A DNA stretch of 64,000 bases from an uncultured delta proteobacterium (GTDB lineage: Bacteria > Myxococcota_A > Polyangia > Fen-1088). The position numbers and the translations under genes were made by a program. The stretch is taken from positions 2,192,761 to 2,256,760 of the forward strand of contig CAVYGB010000002.1 of assembly GCA_963767925.1 (NCBI GenBank), written 5' to 3'. Of this stretch, positions 49,394 through 59,312 are shown in pieces. Every line of letters starts with the position of its first letter. The first letter of the stretch is position 1. The notes beneath the pieces are model-generated. The model did no database searches and was not told the origin of the DNA. It saw only the letters and a list, made by a program, of their open reading frames with translations.

Positions 49394-51256
49394 TCACGTA
49401 TCGCTTTCACCTTCCGCGTCGTCGTCGTCGCCATCATCATCAGGATCATCGTTGGAGGAAGCCGGCGAAGCTGCGGCAGGCGCCTTTCCCATTGCATGCT
49501 CGACGAGTCCCAGCAGCGCCGCCTTGCGAGCAGCATAGAATGCCTCGAACGAATCGGAGCGCAGCAGTGTCGGATCTATCATGTGGCTCTTGAGTATGCC
49601 GTCCATCTGCACATCTGCGACTTGTACCTGTTTGTGCGTCTGGATCTGCGTGAGATATAGAGACGGTGCCTTAGCCCCAATCATTCGGTTTGCTTTGTAG
49701 GATATCGCGGTCTTGTTAACGATCGCGTTGAACACGCGAGGCGGAATGTTGTTGTCCTCGCACCACTTCCTTGGAAAGACATGGTGAATATCGAGCTTAA
49801 CCTCGTCGAGGTCGAGGTCGACCATGCGAGCCGTCCAAAAGAAGTCGCGCGCGCCGTGTCGTTGAAGAAGAACGTACAGACCGCGGTACGCGGCGCTTGT
49901 CCGTGAGCGGAGAGTGTCAAGGCGGTTCGGATTGAATCCCGCCGCCTGAACGGTCGCAGGCTCTGTCTCTGACGCGTTCCCAATCCAGGCGATAAGCTGC
50001 TGCACGTCCAGCGCAATTCGAGTTTCGACCGCTCCTCCATAAAGCTCGCCGAACACACCACACCAAAACCAACGTGCAAGCTTGGCCTTGATCTGCGGTT
50101 CGAGCCATCGATCTTCCAGTCTGGCGAGCACAGCTCCCAAAGGCGTCAGCTGCGTACGATAGGGCAGGAACTTTGGATGATGAAAGCCTTCGCTACGAAG
50201 GAAACGCTCGGTCTGTTCAAATCCCTTGGTGAGCGGCTCCGCCCATTTCTGGTAGGCCGCTAGCGGCATATCTAAGATGTGCTCGCGCTTCGCCGTCACG
50301 GCCGCTGTTTCCTTGCCAGACCGACCGGCTGCCAAGTCCTGCGCGCGACGATCTAAAGAGTGTAGAAGTGATACGCCCTGCAGAAAGTCCGTCGGCTGCA
50401 GATCGCGAAGTAGGGGGCGTTTGCTCAGTCGAGCATGGCGACCCACCCGACCGCGAAGGCCGAACCAGTCGTCGCGCAGATTGAAGCCGTCGGCGGCCCA
50501 TGTCGCCGTGACCAGCTCGAATACCGAAAGGGGGACTCCGCCGGTGTTTACCTTTTCAAACACAAGGCAGACCGCCTCCTTAGATGTCTCCTTCTTGAGA
50601 CTGATCACTGGAAGCATGTAGCTTCGGAACGGGTCGAGCACCTTCTCTCGAAATTGCATGAACCGGACGAATTTTTCAGGTACTGCCTGAACGAGGGTGT
50701 ACTCCCATTTGCTCGAATCTAGAATTTGACTGCAAGGAAAATGAAACTTTTCTAGCTCCTTCTCTCGCGAGCTGAGGTCGAGTTCGATTTTCCGGCCAAA
50801 GTCGCTTCGCAGTGTGCGACTTTCGTCAACGGCAACGATGGCATCGGCCAGGGCTTCGGGGCCTTCGAGAGCCTTCTCGATGTTGAAGTAGTAGTGGAGG
50901 TTTTGGTCCCGCTTTTTCGTGTCCCGGGTCGCAACGGGTTTGTCGAACTTCAGTACTTGAGTCAGCGAGGTGAGGCGCTGCTGTCCATCGAGTATGAGCT
51001 GCTCCGCCAGTCCTCCAGAGTTCGGGGGCAGATCGACGCCTTCGACAGGGCGTACCTGGAGTCGAGTCTCTCCTCCAGTTTCGAGAAGCATAACGGCACC
51101 AATGGGAAAGGATCGTGCGATGCTGACTAGCAACGCCCGAATGTGTTCATCATCCCAAACCCATCCGCGCTGGAAGTCTGGAAGCTGTAGCTTCCCCTCG
51201 ACCACCTGGGAGAGGAGCGTGCTGAGCTGGGTCTTCGTCGAGTCGAACGTGGACAT
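49394..51256 (-). CDS. GmrSD-family (DUF262 + HNH-like) restriction endonuclease
   Basis: PDFQRGWVW, LDGQQRLT, FEKVNTGG, DIHHVFP..N; visibly lower GC. Confidence 0.92.
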   Translation of the reverse strand: MSTFDSTKTQLSTLLSQVVEGKLQLPDFQRGWVWDDEHIRALLVSIARSFPIGAVMLLETGGETRLQVRPVEGVDLPPNSGGLAEQLILDGQQRLTSLTQVLKFDKPVATRDTKKRDQNLHYYFNIEKALEGPEALADAIVAVDESRTLRSDFGRKIELDLSSREKELEKFHFPCSQILDSSKWEYTLVQAVPEKFVRFMQFREKVLDPFRSYMLPVISLKKETSKEAVCLVFEKVNTGGVPLSVFELVTATWAADGFNLRDDWFGLRGRVGRHARLSKRPLLRDLQPTDFLQGVSLLHSLDRRAQDLAAGRSGKETAAVTAKREHILDMPLAAYQKWAEPLTKGFEQTERFLRSEGFHHPKFLPYRTQLTPLGAVLARLEDRWLEPQIKAKLARWFWCGVFGELYGGAVETRIALDVQQLIAWIGNASETEPATVQAAGFNPNRLDTLRSRTSAAYRGLYVLLQRHGARDFFWTARMVDLDLDEVKLDIHHVFPRKWCEDNNIPPRVFNAIVNKTAISYKANRMIGAKAPSLYLTQIQTHKQVQVADVQMDGILKSHMIDPTLLRSDSFEAFYAARKAALLGLVEHAMGKAPAAASPASSNDDPDDDGDDDDAEGESDT

Positions 51257-51415
51257 GATTATCCTCGCATTAAAAGAGATCGGCTGAGGCCGTAGGGCCG
51301 AGTCGTTCGCGCGAACGGTGTCTGGGTTCACATGCTCGGCCCGGCGGGCAGGCTGATGTGGGCCTGCTAGAAGATCGCCATTACCGCCGTTCTCTTGAGG
51401 CTCCGAGGGCGTGAT

Positions 51416-52008
51416 TTAGTTAGCAACTTGAGGGGTCCGCGAGGGGTCTGGCGGCGATCCGCAGACGTCGCGGCGGTCATCGGCCATGGCTGTCCGCGCC
51501 GGCGCGAGCATTGAAGCCATTCGCCGTCGGCCTTTTGCCTCGATGAGGGCGATTTCAGGACGATACGGAGCGTCGCGCACGACGGCGAGTCGCTGGCTGC
51601 GAGGGGGTCGTCTGGACCCGGATGCGACGCCAGCGACCTCCGCCAGGACATCCCCTGGCCCGACGTACTCGAACACCACCCGCTCGACGACGACCGGGCG
51701 GCTGAGCCTGGTCGTGAGGAGCCTTCCGAGCGGACCAGGATCGCCACGGCGGAAGGGCAGAAACAGATTCAGGGCGAAGACCATGAAGGAGTGGATGGCG
51801 CGCACGTGGTCATGCAGTCGAACGCGATCCTCGAGGATCACGCTCTCGGCTGCGCCACGCAGGGCTCGGTGCAGGCCATCGATCCATTTGTCGAACCGAC
51901 AACCCGTGCGCCGTTGATCCGCCGGCAAGCTGGCAAGCTGGCAAGCATTCTGTGGACCAGGGACTCGGCGAACGGGGAAGCTGCGAAACGGCTCTTCACA
52001 GACGACAT
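51416..52008 (-). pseudogene. Remnant of a PGN_0703-like putative restriction endonuclease
   Basis: LHDHV..IHS..FALNLF.PF, VVFEY, LIEAK; N-terminus appears in another frame (MSSVKS at 52008); short C-terminus. Confidence 0.55.
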
Positions 52009-52188
52009 CCTGCGGGTGCCGTCTGACACGCGCCGAGCGCGTGCCGCGTGTCGACACGCTCCAAGCCGGCACCACCATTGGGCCCACCGGCGACCGAAGG
52101 ATCTTCGAGCGACGGCTGGTCAGCACGCAAGCGCGGCGAAAGCCGGGCTCTCAAGCGAGGCCATCCTGGCGTCGATGTAGGAGACGCC

Positions 52189-53250
52189 ATGGCCCCCGCG
52201 GCGCGATCGAGGTCGACCAGGGGCAGGCCCGCCGGACCCGCTGCCGACCAGCGCATCCTCGAGCTCCTGTTGCTGCTGCTGGATGCCCCCGAGCCGCTGT
52301 CGCGCGCGCGGATCTTCGACGCTATCTCCGGCTACCGCACGAAGAGGCCTGCTGCCGGCGAGCGGAAGTTCGAGAGGGACAAGAAGGACCTGCGGGAGCT
52401 GGGTGTGCCGCTGGAGCAGCCCGACCCGGAGACACACACGTACCGGATTGACCGCCGGGGGTATGCGCTGCCGCCGGTGGCGCTCGACGACGAGGAGCGG
52501 TCGGCGCTGCTGCTGGCTGCCGAGGCGGTGCGGGGGGCGGAGGGGCTGGTGTACGGGGAGTTGACCGAGGAGGCGTTGCGGAAGCTGTCGTTCGAGCGGT
52601 CGGCGGGAGGGCCGGGCGGGCGGCCGGCGCACGTTGCCGTGGGCGTGCCGACCCGTCGGGGGCAGCGCGGGCAGCGCAAGCGGCTGGCGGAGCTGGTGCG
52701 CGCGGCGGAGACGCGCAAGCGGGTGCGGCTGACGTACCTGTCGGAGTCGGGGGAGCCGACCGAGCGGGCGGTCGATCCCTATGCGGTGGTGTCGCGGGGA
52801 GGCGACTGGGTGCTGGTGGGGTTTTGCCACCTGCGCGCGGGGGAGCGGACGTTCCGGGTGGACCGCATCCGCGCCGTGCGGGTGGCGGCGCGGCCGGGGC
52901 GGCCGGACTTCGAGCGGCCGGTGGGCTGGAGCGCGGAGGGCCTGCTCCGTCGCTCCCCGTGGGTGTTCCGGGCGGGAGGAACGGAGTCGGTCGAGGTGGT
53001 GCTGGAGGTGGGGCCCGAGCGGGCGTGGATGGCCGAGGAGGAGTTTGGCGACGATGCGCGCCGCGATCCGTTGCCCGGTGGCTGGGTGCGGGTGCGCTTT
53101 CGCTCGGGGAATCCGGAGTACGTGGTCACCCGGGTGCTGGATGGGGGCGGGCACCTCCGGCTGATCCAGCCGGCGAGGCTGCGTGAGCGCGTGCTGCGGG
53201 TTTGCCAGGAGGCGCTCGGGCGCTACGGCCAGGAGGGTGGGGGGCGTTGA
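52189..53250 (+). CDS. pafB: WYL-domain transcriptional regulator, PafB-like
   Basis: AGGAG RBS; ERKFERDKKDLRELGVP, R.VDPY, WVLVG, RTFRVDRI. Confidence 0.82.
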   Translation: MAPAARSRSTRGRPAGPAADQRILELLLLLLDAPEPLSRARIFDAISGYRTKRPAAGERKFERDKKDLRELGVPLEQPDPETHTYRIDRRGYALPPVALDDEERSALLLAAEAVRGAEGLVYGELTEEALRKLSFERSAGGPGGRPAHVAVGVPTRRGQRGQRKRLAELVRAAETRKRVRLTYLSESGEPTERAVDPYAVVSRGGDWVLVGFCHLRAGERTFRVDRIRAVRVAARPGRPDFERPVGWSAEGLLRRSPWVFRAGGTESVEVVLEVGPERAWMAEEEFGDDARRDPLPGGWVRVRFRSGNPEYVVTRVLDGGGHLRLIQPARLRERVLRVCQEALGRYGQEGGGR

Positions 53251-54275
53251 GGGCGACGGTCCGCAGGCTGCGGCGGGCGCTGTTCATCTTGCCCTACGTG
53301 GCCCGCCATCCCCGGGGGGTGCGGCTCGCCGAGCTGGCGCGCATGTTCGAGGTCTCACCGCGCGAGATGGCCGCCGAGGTCGAGCGGCTGATGGTGGTGG
53401 GCCTGCCGGGCGGCGATCCGGCGGACTTCTTCGATGTGTGTGTCGAGGGGACGGGCGCGGCGGCGCGCGTCCTGGCGGTGCCCTCTCGCCTGCTGCGGCG
53501 GCCGCCCCGGTTGACGCCGGATGAGGCCCGCTCGCTCCTGCTGGGCGCGGCGGCGCTTCGCCGCACGGGCCTGCCGGTCTTCGACGAGGCCCTGGCGCGC
53601 GCGACCGAGAAGATCCGGGCCCTGCTCCTGCGCGGGAAGACCACCGCCGAGGCGGTGGCGATCGACGCGGGCGGCCCGGTGCGCGATGAGGTGTTCGCGC
53701 CCCTCGCGCGCGCGAGCCGCGAGCGCCGGACGGTCGAGCTGGACTACGCCTCGCTCTCCAGCCAGCGCCGCCGGAAGATCGTCGTCGAGCCTTACGGTCT
53801 GCTGAACCACGGGGGCGGCTGGTACCTGCTCGGCAAGAGCCGCACGCACCGCGAGGACCGGGTGTTCGTCTTCCGGCTCGAGCGCATCCAGTCGGTCACG
53901 GTGCTGGACGAGAGGTTCGAGCTCCCCGCCGACTTCGATCTGCGCAAGCACCACGGTGACCGGATGTTCATCGCCGGCCTCGCGCCCGTGGAGGTGAAGC
54001 TGCGGCTCCACGGCGCCGCCGCCGGACGTCTCGGGGCCCGCTTCCGGAGGGTCCGGCTCGAACCAGGGGGAGCGATGGTCGTCCGCTTCCGCGACGTCCC
54101 CAACGGCTGGCTGGGCGCCTGGGTGCTCCGGCAGGGCTCCGAGGTCGAGGTGCTGTCGCCCCGCGGCCTCGCCGACTGGGTCCGCGAGGTCGCACGCCGG
54201 GTGTCCGACGCGCACGCCGGGCTGAGGGAATCAGCCGACTCCGCGGAAACGCCAGTGGCCGCGCGTGGTTCGTGA
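53247..54275 (+). CDS. pafC: WYL-domain transcriptional regulator, PafC-like
   Basis: TTGA overlap with pafB; ILPYV..GVRLAELARMF..L..GLPG, PRLT..EA, VEPY..WYL, FRLERI. Confidence 0.82.
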   Translation: MRATVRRLRRALFILPYVARHPRGVRLAELARMFEVSPREMAAEVERLMVVGLPGGDPADFFDVCVEGTGAAARVLAVPSRLLRRPPRLTPDEARSLLLGAAALRRTGLPVFDEALARATEKIRALLLRGKTTAEAVAIDAGGPVRDEVFAPLARASRERRTVELDYASLSSQRRRKIVVEPYGLLNHGGGWYLLGKSRTHREDRVFVFRLERIQSVTVLDERFELPADFDLRKHHGDRMFIAGLAPVEVKLRLHGAAAGRLGARFRRVRLEPGGAMVVRFRDVPNGWLGAWVLRQGSEVEVLSPRGLADWVREVARRVSDAHAGLRESADSAETPVAARGS

Positions 54276-54323
54276 TGCAGCCCGAATCCGTGTCAGAGGC
54301 CGGGGTCACGATGGGGCCAGATC

Positions 54324-55469
54324 ATGGACACGAAGAACGATGATGACCCGGGCGCTCGGGCGTCCGGGGTGGCCGAGCCGGACGGTGGACCATCGGGGGC
54401 GCGGCGGCCCGCCTGCGACCGCTTCGTCGGGTGCCTGCTGGGTGGCGCCATCGGCGATGCGCTCGGATACCCCGTGGAGTTCGTGCCCTCCAGCGCGGAC
54501 ATCCTGAAGGAGCATGGGGCGGAGCCGCCCGCACGCCTGGCCTATGCCGGCGCGGCCCGCGTCTCGGACGACACCCAGATGACCATCTTCACGGCCGAGG
54601 GGGTCATCCGCGGGTGGCAGCGCTTCCACGACCGGGGCATCTGCCACATGGGCGGGTGCCTGGCCCGGGCCTACGCCCGGTGGTATCTGACTCAGCTCGA
54701 TGGGCCACCGCCCAGCAAGGCCACCCACAAGGGCTGGCTGATCCGGGAGCGGGCGCTCTATTCCCGGCGCCACCCCGGTCAAACCTGCCTGTCCGCGCTG
54801 CGGGCGGGAGGTCCGGAGGCGCAGGGCACGGTCGCGGCGCCCCCGAACGACAGCAAGGGCTGCGGCGCGGTGATGCGTTCGGCGCCCATCGGCCTCGCCG
54901 CTCGTGAGCGCTGGGTGGCCTTCGAGTGGGCAAGGGACGGCGCCGTCCTGACCCACGGTCACCCCAGCGGCTACCTGGCCGCCGCCTACTTCGCCGCCGT
55001 CATCTTCGACGTGGCCCGCTCGACGTCGCTCGTCGAGGCGATGGAGCGCGCAGACGAGCTGCTCGTGCGCGAGGCCGGGCACGAGGAGGTCGCCGCCGTG
55101 ATCGCGACCGTGCGCACCCTGGCGGCCGCCGGACCTCCCGGCCCGGCCGCGATCGAGTCGGTGGGTCAAGGATGGGTCGCCGAGGAGGCGCTCGGGATCG
55201 CCCTGCTGTGCGCCCTGACCGTGGCCGACGGGACCCCGGAGGCCTGCGCCCGGGCCCTGTGGCGCTCCGTCGTCCACAAAGGCGACAGCGACAGCACCGG
55301 GAGCCTCACCGGCAATCTGCTGGGCGCCATGTTCGGCACCGCCTGCCTCCCCGACCCCTGGCGCCGCGAAGTGGAGCTGCGCGACCTCGTCCAGCGCATC
55401 GCCCGCGACCTGCACACCGTCAGCGTGGAGGGAAAGACCCTCGACCACGAGGACTACCCCCCGATCTGA
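54324..55469 (+). CDS. ADP-ribosylglycohydrolase
   Basis: GAIGDALG, SDDTQM, GCGAVMR, THGH, GDSDSTG. Confidence 0.93.
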   Translation: MDTKNDDDPGARASGVAEPDGGPSGARRPACDRFVGCLLGGAIGDALGYPVEFVPSSADILKEHGAEPPARLAYAGAARVSDDTQMTIFTAEGVIRGWQRFHDRGICHMGGCLARAYARWYLTQLDGPPPSKATHKGWLIRERALYSRRHPGQTCLSALRAGGPEAQGTVAAPPNDSKGCGAVMRSAPIGLAARERWVAFEWARDGAVLTHGHPSGYLAAAYFAAVIFDVARSTSLVEAMERADELLVREAGHEEVAAVIATVRTLAAAGPPGPAAIESVGQGWVAEEALGIALLCALTVADGTPEACARALWRSVVHKGDSDSTGSLTGNLLGAMFGTACLPDPWRREVELRDLVQRIARDLHTVSVEGKTLDHEDYPPI

Positions 55470-55512
55470 CCGTCCCGAAACAACCAGTTCCGTCAGGAAG
55501 GAGCACCAGCCC

Positions 55513-56676
55513 ATGCCGTCGACGCTCGCCAACGAGGTCTTCACCCTGACCGGCACGTCTCTCCCGGGACCGTCTTACGTGCGGCAGTCCGCGAAGGACC
55601 TGGCGCTCACCGAGGATTGGCTCCAGCGGGCCATCGCCGCGAACCTCGAGCTGGTCCTGTCCCCTTGCCGGGCCGCGGAGCTGATCGAGGAGGACGAGGA
55701 ATGGTACCTGCGTGGGCGGGAGTTCAACCTCCCGGGGATCGGGTCCGTCGACCTGCTCCTCGTCTCGGAGTCCGGGCGAATTGCCCTGGTCGAGACCAAG
55801 ATGTCCTACAACCCCGAAAAGCGCAGGGCGGTGCTGGCCCAGATCCTGGAGTACGCGCTGCGCCTGCAAGACCTCGACGCCGAGGCGCTCCTGCCGTTAC
55901 CCGACGTGCCGGCCACCAGGCAGCCGTCTCCAGCAGACGTGGAAGGGCACCTGAGCGAGGGCGACTTCCTCCTCGTCATCGCCGGGGACCGGATCGATCC
56001 GCGCGTGGCTCGGCTCAGCCGCGGGGTGCTGGGAGACAACCTCACCCTCCCCTGGGACCTCGCCCTGGTCGACGTGGCGCTCTTCGAGCGGGCCAGCCGC
56101 GGCCGGAGCGCCGAGCCCCCGGACCGCCTGCTCGTCCCGACGCTGGTGGGCCGGGTGCAGCCGGAGATCAGGCAGGTGGTTCGCGTGTCGACCGACGAAG
56201 ACGGTGAGACCACGGTCAAGGTCGAGCACGTGACCCCGTCCACTGCCGGGGACGGCACGAGCCGGAGAAAGTGGGATCGGACCCTGTTCGAGGCGCAGAT
56301 AGGGCGCGCCCCGCTCCGCCCCGAGTTCAAGGAGCTCGTCCGATCGATCCTGACGCTCGTCGATCGCTCCAGCGGCGCGCTCACAGCTACGTTTGGCACC
56401 GGCGATCGTGGCTCGGTGACCCTGAAGCGCCACGACAAGGGCCTCCTGGAGCTGCACGCCGACGGCCGCCTCTGGTGGCGCCCGCGGAAGTTTGCCGGCG
56501 CCCTCGGCGAGTCGGTCGCCAAGGACTACGGCGACGCCCTCCTACGCCTCTTCCCCGAGGCCCGCGCCATGGGCGTCCACCCCCACGCCACCGTCGAAAC
56601 CTCCGCCCGCCAGGCAGCCGCGCTGCTCGAAGCAATAAAGACCGTTCTGGCCGCCGCCGACCTCGCCGAAGGCTGA
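55513..56676 (+). CDS. NucS-like PD-(D/E)xK nuclease domain protein
   Basis: AAGGAG RBS; EDWLQ, REF..GSVDLL..LVETK..R..LAQILEYA. Confidence 0.75.
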   Translation: MPSTLANEVFTLTGTSLPGPSYVRQSAKDLALTEDWLQRAIAANLELVLSPCRAAELIEEDEEWYLRGREFNLPGIGSVDLLLVSESGRIALVETKMSYNPEKRRAVLAQILEYALRLQDLDAEALLPLPDVPATRQPSPADVEGHLSEGDFLLVIAGDRIDPRVARLSRGVLGDNLTLPWDLALVDVALFERASRGRSAEPPDRLLVPTLVGRVQPEIRQVVRVSTDEDGETTVKVEHVTPSTAGDGTSRRKWDRTLFEAQIGRAPLRPEFKELVRSILTLVDRSSGALTATFGTGDRGSVTLKRHDKGLLELHADGRLWWRPRKFAGALGESVAKDYGDALLRLFPEARAMGVHPHATVETSARQAAALLEAIKTVLAAADLAEG

Positions 56677-56711
56677 CCTGCATGAAGCCGGCCGCGAATC
56701 TTGACCGACCC

Positions 56712-57015
56712 GCTGAACCACGGGGGCGGCTGGTACGTGCTCGGCAAGAGCCGCACGCACCGCGAGGACCGGCCTCGCGCCCGTGGAGGTGAAGCTGCGC
56801 CTCCACGGCGCCGCCGGACGTCTCGGAGCCCGCTTCCGGAGGGTCCGGCTCGAACCAGGGGGAGCGATGGTCGTCCGCTTCCGCGACGTCCCGAACGGCT
56901 GGCTGGGCGCCTGGGTGCTCCGGCAGGGCCCCGAGGTCGAGGTGCTGTCGCCCCGCGGCCTCGCGGACTGGGTCCGCGAGGTGGCGCGCCGGGTGTCCGA
57001 CGCGCACGCCGGGCT
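56712..57015 (+). pseudogene. Near-identical partial duplicate of the pafC 3' region with an internal deletion
   Basis: Matches 53801-53861 then 53974-54223; junction at CCGG microhomology. Confidence 0.9.
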
Positions 57016-57164
57016 TCTTCACGGCCGAGGGAGTCATCCGCGGTAGGACGGCGAGACGACGCAGCAGAACGCGCCCGCGCGGGCGACCGGACCGCAGGAG
57101 AACGACGAGGGGTGTGTCCCGACTGGACTTCAGATCGCGGCAGGGGCAAGCTTCGCGTGGGACC

Positions 57165-58109
57165 GTGAGCAAAAGGCGGATCATTGATCTCGTCGGGGAA
57201 AGCGCGACCGGACGACGCATATCCGGGCCGCTTTTTCGAGACGTTCTCGACCTCCTGGTCGAGGGCAGTCGACGTGCGCTCAGACTGCGAATGGAGGGCC
57301 GTAGTACGGCCCCCGGCACCCAGCCGGGTTGGCTTGATACGTCGGCCACCTTCGACTTCGTGGGTCTCGAAGAGGGCTCGACCCAGATCGTGACCGAGGC
57401 GCGCCCACTGGCCGAGACACTCCCACCGACCCTGTTGCACGACGACGCCGTCAAAGCACTGTTGAACGGTACGACTTCCTTGGACCTGTTCGAGGAGAGC
57501 CTGCGAGACGCCGCCGAGGGCCGCACGGAGAGCGAGAAGTACGACCCCGCGCTCATAGACATGTTCGCCACTCTTGGCCGCATCGTGAATCCTGAGCGCG
57601 GAATCGAAGCGATGCGCTTCCGAGGCGATGGGGACGTCGTCCTGTTCGAGGTCCGGGATTCGAACGTCGCCACGATCAAGAAGCTCAAGAGACAGACACC
57701 CTCGCCAACGACGGTGATGATAGCCGGCGTTTTGGATGCGATCCGACACAGCGATCGAATGTTCTCGCTCGTGCTCGCGAGCGGACAGACCATCCGCGGG
57801 ATTGCTGCTGAGCCGATCACGCCTGCCGAGATGGCCGGCCTTTTCGGTAGGAGTGCCATCGTCTCGGGGACGGCTTCATATCGTCCCTCGGGATCCCTGC
57901 TGCGAATCGAGGCCTCGCGCATTCAATCTGCTTCCGACGAGGCGCTCGAAATGTTCTCCCAGATCCCTCTCCCGTTCCTGGCGTCAGAAACACTCGGGGA
58001 GTACCGACAGTTCCAGGGGCCGATCGGTGGAATCAGTAACCTCTATGGCCAATGGCCAGGCGATGAGACGGACGAGCAGATCGATCGCGCTCTCTCGGAA
58101 GACGCGTGA
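57165..58109 (+). CDS. Hypothetical protein, possibly a large antitoxin-like partner of the PIN remnant
   Basis: Long globular ORF, EEGS motif, ends GQWPGDETDEQIDRAL. Confidence 0.7.
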   Translation: MSKRRIIDLVGESATGRRISGPLFRDVLDLLVEGSRRALRLRMEGRSTAPGTQPGWLDTSATFDFVGLEEGSTQIVTEARPLAETLPPTLLHDDAVKALLNGTTSLDLFEESLRDAAEGRTESEKYDPALIDMFATLGRIVNPERGIEAMRFRGDGDVVLFEVRDSNVATIKKLKRQTPSPTTVMIAGVLDAIRHSDRMFSLVLASGQTIRGIAAEPITPAEMAGLFGRSAIVSGTASYRPSGSLLRIEASRIQSASDEALEMFSQIPLPFLASETLGEYRQFQGPIGGISNLYGQWPGDETDEQIDRALSEDA

Positions 58110-58199
58110 GAGCTCGGTCGCCGGAGCGCGGGTAAGACGGATTGATCCCGGCTGGCTCCACAATCGTCAGCGACACTACTACAGCCGCGCTGTCTGCCG

Positions 58200-58363
58200 C
58201 GCTGCCGGGCGAGACGTGGTTGCTCACCTGCGACCAAGACTTCGCCCACCTTCACCCGAAATTCATCAGCGTGGAATACGTGCCGCAGGTCCTGTCGCCG
58301 GCCGCCGCCGCCGCCGACTACCTAGCTCCTCGCAGCGCAGGCGTACTCCTGCGCGGCCCTTGA
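58200..58363 (+). pseudogene. C-terminal remnant of a PIN-domain toxin
   Basis: WLLTCDQDFAHL matches the PIN C-terminal T.D.DF..L motif; N-terminal PIN motifs absent. Confidence 0.55.
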
Positions 58364-58415
58364 GCGGGGGCAGGTCAACGCCAAGATCTGGTAACGACCC
58401 GCTTCCCAGAAATCC

Positions 58416-59312
58416 TCACCTCGGCTGGTCCGGCGGCAGGACGAAGAAGGTCGGCACCCTGGCGTGGGCCCGGTGCGCTGGGACGGCGACGCGGGCCGCC
58501 TCCTCCTGGAAACGTTCGACCAGGCAGGTGCCGGCGGCGCTTTCGACCAGCGGTCCGTCGACCGTGAAGCTGATGCCGTTGCTCAGTTCCTCCGTCGCGG
58601 GAGGGGGCTCTTCGTTCTCCGGTCGGCCGATCCAGACCACCAGGTCGAGACGCCCTCGCACGCCATGCTGGGTCCAGCAGGCCTCCCGGGACGGGCCCTG
58701 CCTGAATGCCTGAACCAGGCGAACCAGCGCCGCCTTGCTCTCGCCCCCGCTGGGATCACGGAGGGGGACACGCATGGTCTTGGGGCCGATCTCGGCCTCT
58801 TCACCCACCCGGGCGGCAAACTCGACCGTACGGTAGAGGGTGCGTTGCCATCCCTCCCCGGGCGGCTCGCCGGAGAAGGCCAGATCGCAAACAGCTCCGC
58901 GGCAGGTCACGTCGGGCGGTGCGTGGCCCGTTCCGTTGCCGAGCGCCCGGTCGACAATCGTGCGGAGCTCGGCGGCGGCCTCCGGGTTGGGTGCCCCTCG
59001 GCTGAACCTCTGCTCCAGGGGCTGGTTCCTCTCCACCTCTGTGAGCAGGGCCGATCGCTGCTGCTCCAGCTTCACGATGGCGGCTTCACACGCGAGCCCG
59101 CCCAGCGACCCCCGATCTCCGTGGGCGCCGGGCAGTGGCAGCAAGACGGCCCGTCCATCGTGACCGGGAGGCCTGGCCCGAGCCGAAGCACCGCCGGGCG
59201 AGGTTCGCTCCGGTGCCGTCGCGAGGAGCGCAACGTTGGCCATGAGGCTGGCCAGCAGCAGGATTCCGAACGCGCGCCGAGCTGCGCTGGAACGGCCGGC
59301 GTCAGCGAACAT
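58416..59312 (-). CDS. Membrane-anchored hypothetical protein (CRxxxC domain + two-Cys C-terminal domain)
   Basis: GGAGG RBS; LLASLMANVALL TM, coiled coil, VTCRGAVC; paralogous to 59302..59916. Confidence 0.75.
   Translation of the reverse strand: MFADAGRSSAARRAFGILLLASLMANVALLATAPERTSPGGASARARPPGHDGRAVLLPLPGAHGDRGSLGGLACEAAIVKLEQQRSALLTEVERNQPLEQRFSRGAPNPEAAAELRTIVDRALGNGTGHAPPDVTCRGAVCDLAFSGEPPGEGWQRTLYRTVEFAARVGEEAEIGPKTMRVPLRDPSGGESKAALVRLVQAFRQGPSREACWTQHGVRGRLDLVVWIGRPENEEPPPATEELSNGISFTVDGPLVESAAGTCLVERFQEEAARVAVPAHRAHARVPTFFVLPPDQPR

Noticed and set aside
52189..54275. Pup-proteasome locus
   Set aside because: No pafA, pup, dop or proteasome genes in the window; only the WYL pair
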